In this document: piece by piece, positions 63,193 to 64,000 of the stretch
Layout: every line of letters begins with the position of its first letter
How positions within the stretch are numbered: position 1 is the first letter of the stretch
Assembly (NCBI RefSeq): GCF_002113885.1
Contig: NW_018405052.1
Coordinates: forward strand, 313,562-377,561
Length of the DNA: 64,000 bases
Reading direction: 5' to 3'
Origin: Mizuhopecten yessoensis
Taxonomy: Eukaryota
Translations under genes and position numbers: made by a program
The notes under the pieces: generated by a model
What the model was told of the DNA's origin: nothing
The model's database searches: none
The model's input: the letters and a program-made list of their open reading frames with translations, nothing else

Positions 63193-63411
63193 AAACAGAT
63201 TTGCACAATATCTGAAAAATCTGTTTTATTTCCTAAGCAATATTCACATTTTGTGCATGTGTCTTGCTAGAAGTAAATTTCATACAAAATCACTATTGCT
63301 AAATACAGGCAAAGAAACTTCATACATGACCATTCTTAATATACTGACTGTCATCAATAACCATTCAAACTTACTGTCATACAATCCTCATTGGTTCTAC
63401 TATTTTATCTT

Positions 63412-64000
63412 GTGTCATTAGATAATGCAAGGTTGTCATTGGTCATTGAATACCATATGGTTGTCATTGGATCCTATTACAGTTGTCATTGGATACTATA
63501 ACAGTTGTCATTGGATACTATACAGTTGTCATTGGATACTATACAGTTATCATTGGATACTATAAGGTTGTCATCAGATACTGTACAGTTGTCATTGGAT
63601 AGTATATGGTTGTCATTGGATACTATACAGTTGTCTTTGTATATTATATGGTTGTCATTGTTTAATATACGGTTGTCATTGGATACTATAATGTTGTCAT
63701 TGGATACAATACGGTTGTCATTGGATACTATATGGTTGTCATTGTATACTATATGGTTGTCATTGGATACTATATGGTTGTCATTGTATACTATAATGTT
63801 GTCATTGGATACTATACGGTTGTCATTGTATACTATAATGTTGTCATTGGATACTATAATGTTGTCATTGGATAATATAAGGTTGTCACTGGATAATATA
63901 GGGTTGTCATTGAATACTATAAGGTCGTCATTGGTCATTGGATACTATAAGGTGGTCATTAGATACTATATGGTTGTCATTAGAAACTATAAGGTTGTCA
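63412..64000. repeat. 21-bp minisatellite
   Basis: Unit gttgtcattggatactatatg; runs off the window end. Confidence 0.95.

Overview
AT-rich animal genomic DNA, probably a bivalve mollusc (inferred from the pearl/HINE-type repeats). The window is mostly intronic and covers the 3' part of one minus-strand, multi-exon collagen gene. I read 27 short exons (24-240 bp, about 1.74 kb in total) directly from the sequence; almost all are phase 0 with canonical AG/GT ends. They encode interrupted Gly-X-Y domains ending in [20 protein letters not shown], the C-terminal signature of MACIT transmembrane collagens (vertebrate XIII/XXIII/XXV, nematode COL-99). The N-terminal cytoplasmic/transmembrane exons are not visible and probably lie beyond base 64000. 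Most ORFs in the supplied track are translation artefacts of about 20 unrelated intronic minisatellites (roughly a third of the window) and of non-autonomous Helentron-type elements. Most notable: a second, paralogous Cys-motif C-terminal exon; an RGG/poly-Gly exon; paired non-collagenous exons that differ in a convertase site; a cryptic Cys/Arg-rich exon; and tandem arrays that grew out of the gene's own splice sites. The isoform and function claims are inferences and need RNA-seq or homology checks.
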